This document shows, piece by piece, positions 12,216 to 25,011 of a stretch of DNA of 64,000 nucleotides (positions are counted from its first letter, which is position 1; every line of letters starts with the position of its first letter). The notes under the pieces are model-generated. The model did not search any database and was not told the DNA's origin. It worked only from the letters and a program-made list of their open reading frames with translations. The stretch is from positions 1-64,000 of the forward strand of contig MEDY01000225.1 in the NCBI GenBank assembly GCA_001724265.1, given 5' to 3'. The stretch is from Rhizaria sp. SCN 62-66 (taxonomy: Eukaryota). A program made the position numbers and the translations under genes.

Positions 12216-13150
12216 ATGGGTTTGTGCGATTGTTTTGACAACTCGTCAACTGCACGTTATGTGGTACGTATTTAAAATCCGCACTCTACTGCGAGTTGAC
12301 CGTCTATTACGTTCCTCACACAACACGTCCCTGAAGTGGCTTCTTCACCTGTGATGAACGCCACGGTTCTGCCTGCCACCTCGATGCCTCCTCATTGACT
12401 CACCGCAATTTCTTCACTCCATAACTTGTTGTACTACCCTTCTAACGTCTTTTACCGCGCTTTTTTCGCCGTGCGGTGTAGCTGGCGGGCTTCCTGGGCG
12501 CGCTCATCGGCGTCACCGCTGCCTTCACGGTCAACTGCACGCTGGTGGAGATCTCGATCAACGGCTTCTTCGCCGTCTACTTCGGGCTCCTCTTCATGCT
12601 CATTGCCGCGATAATCTTCTGGCGCGTCCGTGCGGGTACGCACCCCAAGCCGTTCCTGCTACTGTCGTTCGCGAGCCTGGTGTTTGTGTCAGGCGTGCTG
12701 TGTTTCTTCCTTCAGAAGGACTGGTTCGTGCGCCTGCACTGGCTCTCCAAAGCGCCAGTCTTTGTTCTGCTGGGCATGTCCGTCACCTTTGCGCTGCTCT
12801 TCGCACTCGTTGACCTGCTCAACTACTGCTCAGGCCAGTGCTGCGTGGGCCCCACGGGCGCGGCCAAGCCTGTGGTCGACACCGAGACGCAGGTCTACTT
12901 GGTCGTGCTCGCTGCCATCGCCATGGGCGCGCTGTTCGGGCTCGTCTTCGGGCTGCTCGACGTCGGCGACGCGACCGCGGGCGCCAAGGTTGCGCTGTTG
13001 CGCCAGGGCAGTATCACGTACCCGCTGGGCGCGGCCGTCGCGATGGCGGCCGCGGTCGGCAACCAGTACCTCCGCGAGCGCAACGACAAGGACAAGGGCT
13101 ACGCCTTCGACCCGCTCCGCGACGACGACCTCGACGACAACGACTTCTGA
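12216..13150 (+). CDS. Multi-pass membrane protein of unknown function (exons 12216-12263, 12482-13150)
   Basis: MGLCDCFDNSSTARYV spliced (GTACGT..TAG, phase 0) to about six hydrophobic segments and an acidic tail DDDLDDNDF. Stop is TGA. Confidence 0.85.
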
Positions 13151-14010
13151 GCATCGCGGCGGCGCGTATCCACTCATCTGCCACATTCGGAGATGCCGAT
13201 CTAGCGCTGTGTTGTACGCACTACAGGTGAGGTGAGCACGCGTGTGAAGTACTTGTGAGTGACTGTGAGCGAAGCTCGAGTCTCGGAGACACGGAGGGTC
13301 CCGTCGTTCCTGCTCTCCCACACGGGACAGCCTGCTTATTGCCGGCGAGTCTGCGGGATGTGGCGCGAGGGGCTGAGCGAATGGCGGGCCAATGGGCGAG
13401 CGAGCTCTGGGAGAGTGCACAAACTCGGTGAGAGTTGGATGATGCGATCTCTCGACACTATCACGCTCTGCTTTCTTTCGCGTTGTTTCTGTTTTTGTTC
13501 CTTTAAGACTACACACAGACTACGAATATTACTATGAGTACTATTGATAATATCTTATTTCTTATACCTAAACTCAGCATAATTCATCTCGACCTCGACA
13601 ACAGTGCATGTCTTGCCCACCATGATTCATGGATCTCAAAACATCAATACATGCGAACTTTACGAACTCCGTGTTTTGTACTACTGAAATAACTGATCTT
13701 TGTGCATGTATTTGGGCGCTGCATTACAACATGCATTAAGAATAATAATCACGGGCCTTCATTGTGTATTTGGTGCCAGGTCTTCTTGATCAGATAAAAC
13801 GAAACATAGTAGTCACAATCATCAGCGTCATCAAAGAAGCCGCGATGCGCCGTGAGGGGACTTCGAGAGGTCTTGCGCGCGCTTCCACAACGCACGCATC
13901 TCCCTGACATACCATAATCAATTCACACATGTTTTTCACGTTAAGTCATTTCAGTTCTCACTTCATTAATCAGCGATCTCTGCGGCCAGGGCAGGCAATC
14001 ACGCGCGGCT

Positions 14011-15047
14011 TCACTTCTTGGGCTGCGTGAGGTTCGCGGTGAGCCACGCCATGCCCTCCTTAATGCCCTCGCCGGTGGTGGCTGAGGTGGCGACGACGGA
14101 CCAGGGCCGCGTGCCGCATGCATCGGCCGCGCGCAGCGTGGTCGCGATCTGGACCTTGCTCAGCGCCGTCGGCAGGTCAGACTTGTTGCACAGGATCAGG
14201 ATCGGCACGCCTGCGGGCGCAAGTTCTGCAGCGGGTGGATAGAGGCAGAGTGTGTTGTGGCGTGTGGAACAAAGAAGAGAGACGTAACACAGACAGGAGA
14301 TGACGATAAATAAGGTTTTTGCCGGCAGATGAAGAGAGGTCAGACATAAATCACAAGTTAATAGAATATGACAGTAGTAAGATTATAGACATGGAACACC
14401 AATGTCATGTGGCGATTTGTTGATGTCGTTGTCGCTGCGATTGGACGTACGCGCGGCCTCGTTGAGCTCTGACTCGGCGACGACAACGCGGAGGTGGTCG
14501 GCGGCGTCGATGACGAAGATGAGCCCGTTGGCGTCTGCGAAGTTCTCTTTCCACAGCGTGCGGTACTGCTTTGCACCGGACATGTCGTGCACTACGGGAT
14601 ATGCGAAATGTTGTGAAGCGGGGATTCAAGTGAAGTGAGATGGTGCGAAATGCAGGAGGGTATCAACAGGCGAACTACTAGAGATTCTTATGTCGGTCGA
14701 CGTACCAGTAAGATTGATGCTACCGTAGCGGAACTTCTCAGTGTTAAAGCCAACCGTAGGCACGATGTCATCGACCTGAAGAGCGCGTACAAGGCGACAG
14801 CGAATAAAGAGCGGACATTGCCGAGATAGGCGACGAAAGTGAGTGATTTGCAGCAACAACGGATAGATTGGAAGGAAAGTAGTCATAGAGAAGACCAGTC
14901 ACAGGGCACAGCTACACAACCGCGGGGATAGAAATATAAACGTACACGCTCGCGCTCAGGCTTGAGCTGATTGACAATGGTCGTCTTGCCAGCATTGTCC
15001 AGGCCGATGCAGACGATGTTAGACGGTTTGCTCTTGGCAGAACCCAT
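14011..15047 (-). CDS. ARL6: ARF-like GTPase ARL6/BBS3 (exons 15047-14946, 14775-14706, 14591-14451, 14225-14011)
   Basis: MG start, GLDNAGKTT, IVPTVGF, DMSG (ARL6-type switch II), NKSD and SATTGEG. Three GTACGT introns. Stop is TGA. Confidence 0.88.
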
Positions 15048-15558
15048 GTGCTTCTGAGAGACGCGAGTATAGTGACAAGAAGATATGATTGAGAAAAATA
15101 ATATAGAATATACGGAGATCCGCACTATAAATAGCTACTCAAAGAGTCTGAAACCGTATTAGCGGATGGTGTAGATATTTTGCCTCTCTACAAAACTTCG
15201 GTCGTTCGCTGCTCGCGCGACGCTTGCCGACTGCCCCCAAAATAACGGTTTCGGTATCCCACTTTTCTCAGATCAAATCTGCGACTTCCATTCGTACTAG
15301 GTGACCCATTGCTCAATTTTTGAATTAAACGATAGTTATTTTGCTTGAATCTATAATTAAAATGCTGATCATGCTGATCACGTTTCTCTACACTCCTGAA
15401 CTGATCATAAGCACTGTCTTAGCAAGTGTCCTTTGAAGCTATCACACCCCGAGGCTTGCTGCTGCCATATCCTATATTGTCGCTCACAATTCATCGCACA
15501 TGGTGAAATCTGTTGTTTTATACCTCCCCATTTGTACACCATTGCTTATGTATAGCTA

Positions 15559-17868
15559 ATGGAGTCCCGCTCGCAGCTTGCACAGACGCGGCGCAGCCCC
15601 GGCTCCGGCGCCTTCAACGACACGCAGTCGCAGTCGCGCGCAGTGGCCGTCTCGGGCCAGCAGCAGGGCCCCAGCGCGGCGGACGACGAACAGATGCGGC
15701 GCCAGCTGGCGACGCTGCGCAAGATCGACGAGCTGAGCGAGCAGCTGCAGAGCGACGGCAAGCTGATGGAGTCGCTGCAGACTATGGAGCGCTCGCTGGT
15801 GCTGCGCGGCCACTGCTTCGGGCTCGACTCGATCGAGGTCCACAACGCCTGCAAGAGCGTCGGCGAGATGTGCAACTTCCTCGCCATGGCGTGCATGCAG
15901 CAGGACAACGCGCCGCTGGCGCTCGAGATGCTCAAGAAGGCCGAGGTGCTGACGGAGCGACACCCCGTCGTGCGCGCCGTCACCTTCAACAACCTGGCGT
16001 GCTACTATCGCAAGGTCGGCAAGCAGCGCACGGCGCTGAGTTACGTGGAGCGCGCGATCAAGATTGAGGCGCGCTTCCCGCTCGGCGCCAAGGGCGTCAA
16101 GGCTGCGGACACGCACCTAAACGCGTGCACCATCTACTCGGAGCTGCACCGTCACGAGCGCGCATACGCGCACGCGCGCACCGCGCTCAAGCTGCTGCTG
16201 CTCGAGCTTTTCGGCGGCGCCGACGGCGACAAGGATGGCAAGGCCGGCGGCAGCAAGAAGAGCGGCGGCGGCGGCGGAGACGGCGACGACGACGAGGGCG
16301 GCGACGGTGACGATGACGGTGAGGGCGGCGGCGGCAAGAAGGGCGGCGACGACGGCGGGCTGCCCGGGGACCGCGTGGCGGTACTGGCGATTGCGTACCA
16401 CAACGCGGCTGTGCAGCTCGAGTACCTGCGACGCTACGAGGACGCGCTGGCGGCGTACGAGAAGGCGCGCGAGGTCGTGCGCGCGCACCTGGGCGAGGGC
16501 CATGAACTCTTCGCAAAGATGGGCGCCTCGCTTGCCGACGCGCAGCGCAAGCTCAACCCCAAGATCAAGCAGTACTACGCGCTCAACAGCACGAAGCGGC
16601 GCCAGGTGGTGCGCGGGCCGCGCGCGGCGCCGACGCTGCTGACGCGCGGCGAGCTCGGCGCGCTGCAGAAGAGTCTTGGCGTCCGGGTCACCGACGAGGA
16701 CGTCGCGCGCGAGGCCGAGGGGCAGGACGGCAACGGTGATCACGGTGGCCACGGCGGCGACGGATACGGCGACGACGGGCACGGCCACGGTGACCATGAC
16801 GACCACGGCGACCACGATGACGACGGCCACGGGCGCGGCGGCGGCCACGGCGGCAACGGTCAGCCGCAGCTGCAGCAACGGCCGCCGCAGCAGTACGACG
16901 ACCACGGCGACGACCACGGCGACGACCACGGCGACGGCGAGGACGACGAGCACGAGCCTGAGCCTGCGAAGCCGGCCCCGGCTCCTGCGCCTGCCGCGAA
17001 GCCCGCACCTGCGCCCGCGCCGGCGCCTGTAGTGACTGCCCCGAAGCCCGCCGCCGCCGCCGCGGCCCCGCACAAGGCGGCCTCGCGCTCGGGCTCCCGC
17101 TCCGCCTCGCCCTCCCCGCGCCATGGCGCCGGGGCCGGCCACGGTGCCGCGGCCAAGAGCGCGACCACGTCTCCGAAGCACACCGCGTCGCCCAAGCACC
17201 CCGCGTCTCCTAAGCACGCGACGTCGCCCAAGCACGCTTCTAGTCCCAAGACCTCGCCCGCCAAGCCCGCAGCCGCCTCCACTGCTGCTGCCGCTGCCCC
17301 CGCTGCGGCTGCTGAGGCCGAGGCGGAGGATCAGGACGGTGACGGCGAGGCGGACAAGAGCGCTGAGCCTGCGAAAGCTGAGGCGCCCGCAGCCGCCAAG
17401 GTCGAGGAGGAGGACGCCGATGCTGAGCCTGCCGTTGCCGCTGCCGCCGTTGCTGAGCCCGAGGCTTCTGCCGATGCCGCCGAGTCAGAGGCCGCCGCAC
17501 CTGAGGCCGAGGCCGAGGCCGCGCCTGCTGCCGCTGATGCTGCCGCTGATGCTGATGCTGATGCTGATGCTGATGCTGATGCTGATGCTGATGCTGATGC
17601 TGATGCTGATGCTGATGCTGCCGCGGCCGACGCTCCCCAGGCCGAAGCCGCTGCGGCGGCGAGCCCCGTGGTGGGCGCGGAGCCGCCGCGGCCGATGGAT
17701 CTGTCGGCGAGCCAGGCCGAGCTCCTGCGCGAGCAGAACGGCGAGGTCGAGAAGACAGACTCAGAGGCCGCGGCGGTCGCGGCGGCCGAGGCCGAGGCCG
17801 AGGCGGCTGCCGCCGCTGCCGCCGCTGCTGCAAAGGCCGCGGGTGGAGAGGAAGAGGAAGAGGATTGA
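15559..17868 (+). CDS. TPR-repeat protein with long acidic/Ala-rich tail
   Basis: Single 769-aa ORF with TPR-like helices (AVTFNNLACYYRKVG, ADTHLNAC, AIAYHNAAVQLEYL). Stop is TGA. Confidence 0.85.
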   Translation: MESRSQLAQTRRSPGSGAFNDTQSQSRAVAVSGQQQGPSAADDEQMRRQLATLRKIDELSEQLQSDGKLMESLQTMERSLVLRGHCFGLDSIEVHNACKSVGEMCNFLAMACMQQDNAPLALEMLKKAEVLTERHPVVRAVTFNNLACYYRKVGKQRTALSYVERAIKIEARFPLGAKGVKAADTHLNACTIYSELHRHERAYAHARTALKLLLLELFGGADGDKDGKAGGSKKSGGGGGDGDDDEGGDGDDDGEGGGGKKGGDDGGLPGDRVAVLAIAYHNAAVQLEYLRRYEDALAAYEKAREVVRAHLGEGHELFAKMGASLADAQRKLNPKIKQYYALNSTKRRQVVRGPRAAPTLLTRGELGALQKSLGVRVTDEDVAREAEGQDGNGDHGGHGGDGYGDDGHGHGDHDDHGDHDDDGHGRGGGHGGNGQPQLQQRPPQQYDDHGDDHGDDHGDGEDDEHEPEPAKPAPAPAPAAKPAPAPAPAPVVTAPKPAAAAAAPHKAASRSGSRSASPSPRHGAGAGHGAAAKSATTSPKHTASPKHPASPKHATSPKHASSPKTSPAKPAAASTAAAAAPAAAAEAEAEDQDGDGEADKSAEPAKAEAPAAAKVEEEDADAEPAVAAAAVAEPEASADAAESEAAAPEAEAEAAPAAADAAADADADADADADADADADADADADAAAADAPQAEAAAAASPVVGAEPPRPMDLSASQAELLREQNGEVEKTDSEAAAVAAAEAEAEAAAAAAAAAAKAAGGEEEEED
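17545..17616 (+). repeat. (GCTGAT)12 coding minisatellite encoding (AD)12
   Basis: Perfect tandem hexamer read directly from the sequence. Confidence 0.95.
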
Positions 17869-18508
17869 GCAGGTAAATTGCGACTTCGTGCGCTTACAAC
17901 TTGGTAGACAGGGCCAGTTTACAGCATCATGATAAGGGCGTCACACTGGGCGGAAGACGCGTGGAAGCAATGACGGCGGGCTCCTGACTCGCGACAACTC
18001 AAGTGGATAAGGTTTTGCGCACAATTAAGTTCCAACGCGTTTTCGCATTTTTCTCTCTTTCTAAATTAAGTACTACTGGTAAGAAGTGATTTTTGCGGAT
18101 ATCTGTGCCGGATTTGCGTTTTGACTCAAGATGTGTTGTCAAGGTATATGTGTATGCTACGTACGAAATCTTGTTAATTGTTGTCATATATAGTCAATTT
18201 TGGTATTTTCTTAATACCACGAGTTAATAGATAAAACCTATGCTAAATATTATCGTACGGACGTAATTTTATTTATTTTTATTTATCCTAGTACATTGTA
18301 CTTTTACAACCAGATTGTCAGGATCGATCAGTTGATTTGCAGAGATTTTTTTGACCTATCCATTGTGGCATGCTTAAAAGGCCATATCGAGATAAAGCAC
18401 TCGACCACGAATCAACAGATGCTAGGATGCCTCGACCTGTTTGCGACTCGGATATAAACTCGGGAAATCAACGTTTGTCATGGACAAATCGATGGGTCGA
18501 TATGACAT

Positions 18509-20888
18509 TCAAATATCAGTAAACGCTGCACAGTGAGAGTCCGCCGCGTAGGCCGCGACGAGCGCGGCGGCCCAGTGCCCGAGCCCCGGCGCGGCGGGCA
18601 TCGTGGCCAGCCACGAGGGCGGCTGCCGCGTGAGCTGCGTGCGCGCCCACATGCCCGCCGCGGCCACGGCGGCCGGCGCCGTCGCCGCGTCACCGCCCAC
18701 GGGCAGCGAGAAGCCCGCGGGGAACGGGCCCGCCGCAGACACAGATGACGGCGAGCGGGCGTGTGAGAGCGCGAGCGCGGCGCCGAGCCAGTCCGCGCCA
18801 GGCATGTCTAAGTACCTCTTGCCCCGGCCACTTGCACCGGGCGCCGCGGGCGACACGGGCGACACTGGTGACTGCGCACCGCAGCCGTCGCCGTCGGGCG
18901 ACTGCGCCGCGTCCATGCGCGAGGTGAGCTCGAAGGCCGCGGCGCCGTAGCCGTCAAGCTCGTAGTTCTCGTCAGGCGCGACCCGCTCGCTGCCGTCGAG
19001 CTCCACGTCGCTCTCGCTGTCACTGTCGCTGCCGCAGCCGTTGCGCACGGCCTCCTTCGTGTTCTTGCGAGCAGCGCCCTTCGGGCTGCTGCTCGCGACG
19101 GCGTCGACGGGGGTGTTGGTGGCGGCGGCGATGGCGCCGAGCACGCTGCGCAGCGGCAGCATCACGGCGCCCTGCCACGCGCTGCTCAGCGGACGCACAT
19201 CACCGCTGCTCGCAGCCATCGCAGTTGCAGTCGCGGGAACAATGCGGGGCACGGGGGCACCGAAGAGCTGCGTGCGCACCAGGTCTCCAACAACATCCGC
19301 GTTCACACCGTCGGTGCAATCCGCCCGCTGCGTGCGGCGCTGGCCAAGCATGGCGGCGGCGTTTCCGTAGCCGACAAGCGCGGCGAGCGCCAGCCTGCGC
19401 GCCGCGGCCGCGGGCGCCAGCGGGCCCGTCGCGGCGCAGTAGTACCGCCCGGCCTCGGGCGCAAACACAACCGGCGAGTCGGCGCCGCTGCTGTTGCTGC
19501 AGCTGTCGGTGACGAAGAGGAAAGGGACTGTGGGCGCGTCGTCGCCGGGCTGCGCCTGCGCCTGCACGTGCAGGTGCGGCTCGGGTGCGAAGCCCGCAGC
19601 GCCTGAGAGCCCCAGTAGCGCGCCCGCGGGCAGCACGTCGCCCACGGCGACCGCGGCGGCGGACAGGTGCACGAAGTCCACCCACACCGCGCCCACCGCA
19701 CCCACAGTGCCAGTGCCAGTGCTGTTGCTGTCGTCGGTGGGCGCGGCGAAAACGGTGAGGTCGGCGGGGTCGATGCGCACGGTGACGCCGCACCAGTCCC
19801 ACAGGTTGCTCACCGCGGCGCCGGACCCGCAGCACGCGCCGCGGCCCCTGCACTGCGCCGCAGAGGCGCTTGCACGCGCAGCGCCGCCGCGGCCGCCCTT
19901 CTTGCTGCCGTTGCCGCCGCTGTTGCTGTTGTTGGCGGCGGTGTCGGCGCCGGAACGCGTGACGGCGGTGACGGTGCAGCGCGCGGGCGCGAGCACGGGC
20001 GTGCCGGGTGGCGCGCGCAGATCCGCGGCCCACCACGTCTGCGGCGTGTGGTGAGTCAGCGCGCCGCCAAAGCCCTGCGAACACGGGTACGCGCCCGCGG
20101 GGAACGGGAACCGCAGCAGTGGCACGGCGGCCGCGCCGCCGGTCGCGCCGCCGACGGCACCGGTAGAGCCGGCCGTGTTGGCGTTGGCGGAGGCGGCGAA
20201 GAGGGTCGCCAGCGATACCGATGTAGGCGCGATCACAGTTTCAGTGACGGCGGCAGTTGCGTCAGAGCTGGCACACGCAGTCGCGTTTTGCACCGAGGCA
20301 GTCACAGCAGGCACGGACGCTGCCGGCGCCGGCTGCGGCAGCGGGAGCGGGAGGTTCGTGACGTTCGACTCGATGCAGTCTTCAAGGAGCTCGGTGGGCA
20401 GCGGGTCGTCGCCCGTGGCGGCAACGGCGTCCTGGCTGAAAGGGACTGCCGCGCCCGCCACGCCCCAGCCGAACGCCTGCGCAGGCGGCGCACCGCACGC
20501 GGTGACGCCCACGCTCGAGCCAGAGCTCGAGCTAGCGGCGCAGAGGGCAGGGATGACGACGGGCGGGGGCTGCGGCAGGTGCGCGAGCAGCACGGGCGCC
20601 GTGAGCGCCTGCATCGTGTAGCCCATGAGCGCGTGGCGCCGCGCCTCGACGGCCCCATCCACCGCGCTCTCCCGCTCGACCGCAGTCCGGGCCGCGGAGG
20701 TGACCGTGAGCGGGGGCAGCGCGGCGAGCGCCTCGGCGGCCCAGGCGTCGAGGTAAGGCCGCGGAAGCACGCCGCCCGCGACCAGGTCGCGCCGCCGCGC
20801 CAGCGGGGTCGCGAGCCGCGCGCGCAGCCGCGCAACATCCTCGCTCTCGTTCTCATTCTCGCTCTCACCCACAGTGGGCGATGCACCG

Positions 20889-20979
<91 letters not shown>

Positions 20980-22740
20980 GTTGTTGTTGTTGTTGTTGTT
21001 GTTGGCGTCGGATGCGCGCGCGAGGGCGCGCGTGAGCAGAGCGCGCGCGCGTGCGCAGTGCGCGTCGAGGTGCGCCTCCACAGCGGCGGCGTCCGCGGCG
21101 CCAGTGAGCAGCGTGTCGTCGTGGTAGTACAGGTAGCACACGTCGGCGACGCTGTGTGGGGGCAGCAAGACCGAAAAAGTCGTCGCCACCTGCGAGCACA
21201 CCACCGAGACTTCCACGCCGCCGGGAGGGCTCTCGTTGTTGACGTTCACCGCCGAGTTCGCGTCAGCGTCCTGGGCCTGGCTGCAGTAGACGGTGACGAG
21301 CGAGGAGACGTCCGTGACGCCGGCGAGGCCCGCCTTGTCGTCGCTGCCCACGGTTACGCTCACAGTCATTTTGGTGTTCGCGTCGGCACTCGCAGCACCG
21401 GTGCCCATCTCGTCCCCGGGCCCCTGCGCCTGCCCGGCGGCGGCGGCGGCGGCCCTGCGCTCGGCGGCGGCATCCTCCGCGGCGGCGGCGGCCACGGCGG
21501 CGGCGCGCGTGGCAGTCCGCAGCGCGGGGTTGGCCGTGCTGAGCGCGGCGCGCAGGGGCCGGAAGTCCTGGTCGAGTGCGACGAGCGGGCGGCGCACGGC
21601 CACGGCGACGCAGCGCGGGCGCGCGAAGGGGTTGAACACCGACAACAGGTGCGAGTCCGGGTCGACAGACACGTCTGGCGGCACCGGGGACCCGTCCGCG
21701 CAGCACGCCTCATCGCCGCCGCCGGCGGCAACGCGGGAGCCCGGCGGGAGCGCCTCCAGCGCCACGAGCCACGACGGCAGCAGTGGGGGCTGCGTCTTGA
21801 GCATGGAGCCAGTGTCCGTCGCAATGACCGCAGTGCTGCTGCAACTCACTGTCTCTGCAGCGCTGTTGGCCGCAGCCGCCGCAGGCGCGGGCTTGACGAC
21901 CTTGGCGGGGGCCGCAGCGGACTTAGCGCCGCGGCGCGTGGCGGCGGCCTTGCCCTTGGGCTTGGCGCCGCCCGCCTTGCCGCCCTTCTTCGCCGCGTGC
22001 GCAGCCGCCTTGGGCAGAGCAGGCGCGAAGACCACGTGCACGCCCGGCAGCGCGCTGGGCATCACGCCACCGGGCAGGGCGCCGCTCTTGCTCTTCACTG
22101 AAGATGACGCGGCGGCAGAGGCGTGAGAGAGCGCGGCGGCGGGGGCGCGGAGGACAAGGCCCGGGGCTGCGGGGGCAGGCACTGCGGCGGCGGCGGCGGC
22201 GGCGGCGGCGGTAACCGCGCGGGAAGGAGGCTTGGCAGGCGTAATGCCGGCCACGCCCTTCTTCGCAAACGTAAACAGCGGCGCGTCGTCGTCGTCGTCA
22301 TCATCGTCGTCATACGCGGCCTGAGGCTGGGGCTGTGTGGAGGCCTGGGTGGGCGAGAGCGGGGATAGCGCGAACGAACTGCCGGGCATGTAGAAAGGGC
22401 CAATCGGGGCCGACGCGGCGGCGACAGCGCGCGCAGCGGCGGTGCTCGCGCTTGGCACAGGCGCGGGCACGGCTGCAGATGCTGTGGCAGAGACAGGGGC
22501 TGTGGGCGAAACACTGTCCGATACAGGAATTGCGGGAAAGGCGATGGCTGCGACAGCTGCGGACGACGCGGGGTCTGCGTTACCGTGTGTGGAAGGCGGG
22601 GGTCCGCCAAAATTAAAGGAAAATGGCGACGGGGCGGCACCACCAGCGCCAGCGCCTGCGGCGCCAGCCGGGACAGCAGCCGCGGAAGCGGGTGCGCGTT
22701 GGCGGCGCACAGCTGTGGGGTTGACTACACCACGACGCAT
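18509..22740 (-). CDS. Large low-complexity protein with a peptidase M23 (LytM-like) domain; frameshift at about 20979
   Basis: M23-like motifs SQGFGGALTH, AADLRAPPGTPVLA, FVHL and VGDVLPAGALLGLSGAAGFAPEPHLHVQ. ORF 22740-20302 and ORF 21199-18509 join if one base is restored in the AAC repeat. Stop is TGA. The 5' end is uncertain. Confidence 0.7.
20888..21003. repeat. (GTT/AAC)~39 microsatellite (poly-Asn) with one base missing near 20979
   Basis: 116 bp equals 39 units minus 1 nt. The single interruption ...GTTGTGTTG... is at 20978-20980. Confidence 0.95.
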
Positions 22741-23148
22741 CTACAGAGCGACAGACAGTAGCAATCATAAAATCAATTTAGTAAAATATACACATCAACA
22801 TTAAAAATCACATCAAATGTGCTGCGTGTTATTCAGCGGTCAAAACACAGATATCTGGCATATGCAGTAATGGCTTTTGCGCATCTTGACTGGGCTGACC
22901 ATACATTGTTATCGAACTCCACAATTTGCGAGACAGCTCTTCGAGATCAAGTTGTACGGAGGAGCAAATATCGAAAAGCTGTATTAATACATCGCATTAT
23001 ACCAGGTTTCATACCGTTGTATCACCAAAACGTATCCCCCTTCCGGCCTGGCCTTTTTCTCTAATTCGCCCTGACAGCTTACAACTTGAACAGATGCCGC
23101 GGCGCACTCGGCGCACCGGCGGCGCATCAACAGCCACCGACGGCGCAC

Positions 23149-24306
23149 TCACGCGAGGTCGACGGTCTCGCTGGCGGTTTTCTCGACGCCGTCGGCGCCG
23201 ACCTTGACGGCGGGCCCGTCGCCGGCGACGACCTTCTTGACCTTGTAGAGCAGCGCCTGCGACCACGAGTCGAGGCGGTAGATGGAGTCGTACTTGTGGA
23301 GCGCGCCGACGAACTGCTGCTCGTCGCGCGCGTTGTAGGCCGCGATGAGGTCCAGCACCAGCTTGATCTCCTTCGAGTCGCGCATGCGCGGGTGGTTGTC
23401 CTGGTACTCCTCGGCCTTCTGCGCCGTCTTGTCCAGGTTATCCGCCTCGGCCTGAGCACAAGAGTCACACAAACAGATATGAAGGCGAAAAGTGGGTGTG
23501 ATGGATGCATGAAGAGATAAATGCAGGACATCGGATTCATTAAACCTATATCTATGCATCGCAATAGAATGAGCGCCATATGAAGCAATAAATGTTCTCA
23601 TATCGCAGATTATATGTCAAGGTCATAGATAGCATTTGACACGACGTACCTGGGCCTCGAGGGTCATCTGGCAGAGGAGCGCCTTGTAGAGGTTGTCGCG
23701 CACGGTGTATGCCACGGACGCGTTGTCGGTCTGCGCGTCGGCGACGGCCTCGTAAATGACGATGGCCTTGGCGTACTCGCCCTCGAGCGAGAGCATCTCG
23801 GCCGCCTTCAGCTGCATGCTCTGCGACGTCACCATCGAGTTGCTCGCGCGGTACGCGTCCGCCGCGGTCACGTACGCCGTGTACGCCGCGCGGCGGTCCA
23901 GATTTGCCTCGGCCTCCATGTCGCCGATCTCGGACCAGATCTTGGCGGCCGGCGCGAAGCGGTTGTCGTCCATGAGCATGCCCGCGACCTGGGTGAAGGC
24001 CGCGATGGCCTCGGCGGGGCGAGTCGCTTTGTACGCGCGGCCCACCTCGGTCAGCGCCGCGATGCCGTCCGTGCGGTTGTTCAGCTTCTTAAGGTGCAGG
24101 TCCGCGGCCTGCTGGTACGCCGCGCCGGCCTTGTCCCACGCCTGGGCGATCTTAAACTGCGCGCCGGCGGCAGAGTAGCACTCGGCCGCGTCCTCAGACT
24201 TGGACGAGTCGTTGAGACCGAACCAGCCGAACGAGGAAAGCTTCTTCTTGGCGAGCGCCAGCTGCTCGTCGCCCTTCTTCTCAGCCGCAACGCGGATAGC
24301 GGACAT
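23149..24306 (-). CDS. SEC17: Alpha-soluble NSF attachment protein (exons 24306-23650, 23451-23149)
   Basis: AKKKLSSFGWFG..SKSEDAAECYSAAGAQFKIAQAWDKAG, RFAPAAK, YDSIYRLDSW..LL.VKK and the C-terminal DLA typical of SNAP. Stop is TGA. Confidence 0.92.
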
Positions 24307-25011
24307 TGACTGCTGTGGGACGACGCGGATGGCCCGAAGAACGCAGGGGGACGTCGGGAAGGCGTGATAAGATTGATGGATAGGGAATCAAACAGAAGAT
24401 GAGATATACACACACAAAGATGGCATTTGACGCAGCATGAAAATAGTATCCATAGATAGACTCACATATAAAATCCTTCACCCATTGGAGGGGCGTACTG
24501 GCCGACGGGGTTGTGGGGATTTACGTCCCTTCGCTCACGATTGACCATCTCCATCGCTTCGTCACACCATGAGGCTTCGCACGACTTAATTACGGCAGAT
24601 CCCGAAGTGCATAAGCACAAAATGACTTTGCATCAAAGGTGACCGCAATTACAAGTTAATGCAATAACATATGCAGCTATGATTGTCAGCGACTGCACAA
24701 TATAACTACGTTAATACTTCCAAATAAGCGTCTTCATGTCACTCAGCCACGAACTCGTTTTGGGCGTGCACAGTCAGCGAAAACAATAATGTTGCATTTT
24801 TATTGGATTCACAATTCACTGGTTGAATAAACTCAATCATGTTTGTTATATCTCTACTTAAACTAGTATATATCATTGGTTCTCAAGCGCTTCTGATTAT
24901 CAGCACGTAGATCCCGCAGCTAAAGCTAAGTCCACTTTGTTACGCCATAACCTTGACGAACCAAGGCCCCTCAGCGTCCCGTGTCCAGTCTGTGACCATC
25001 AACGATCAGGC

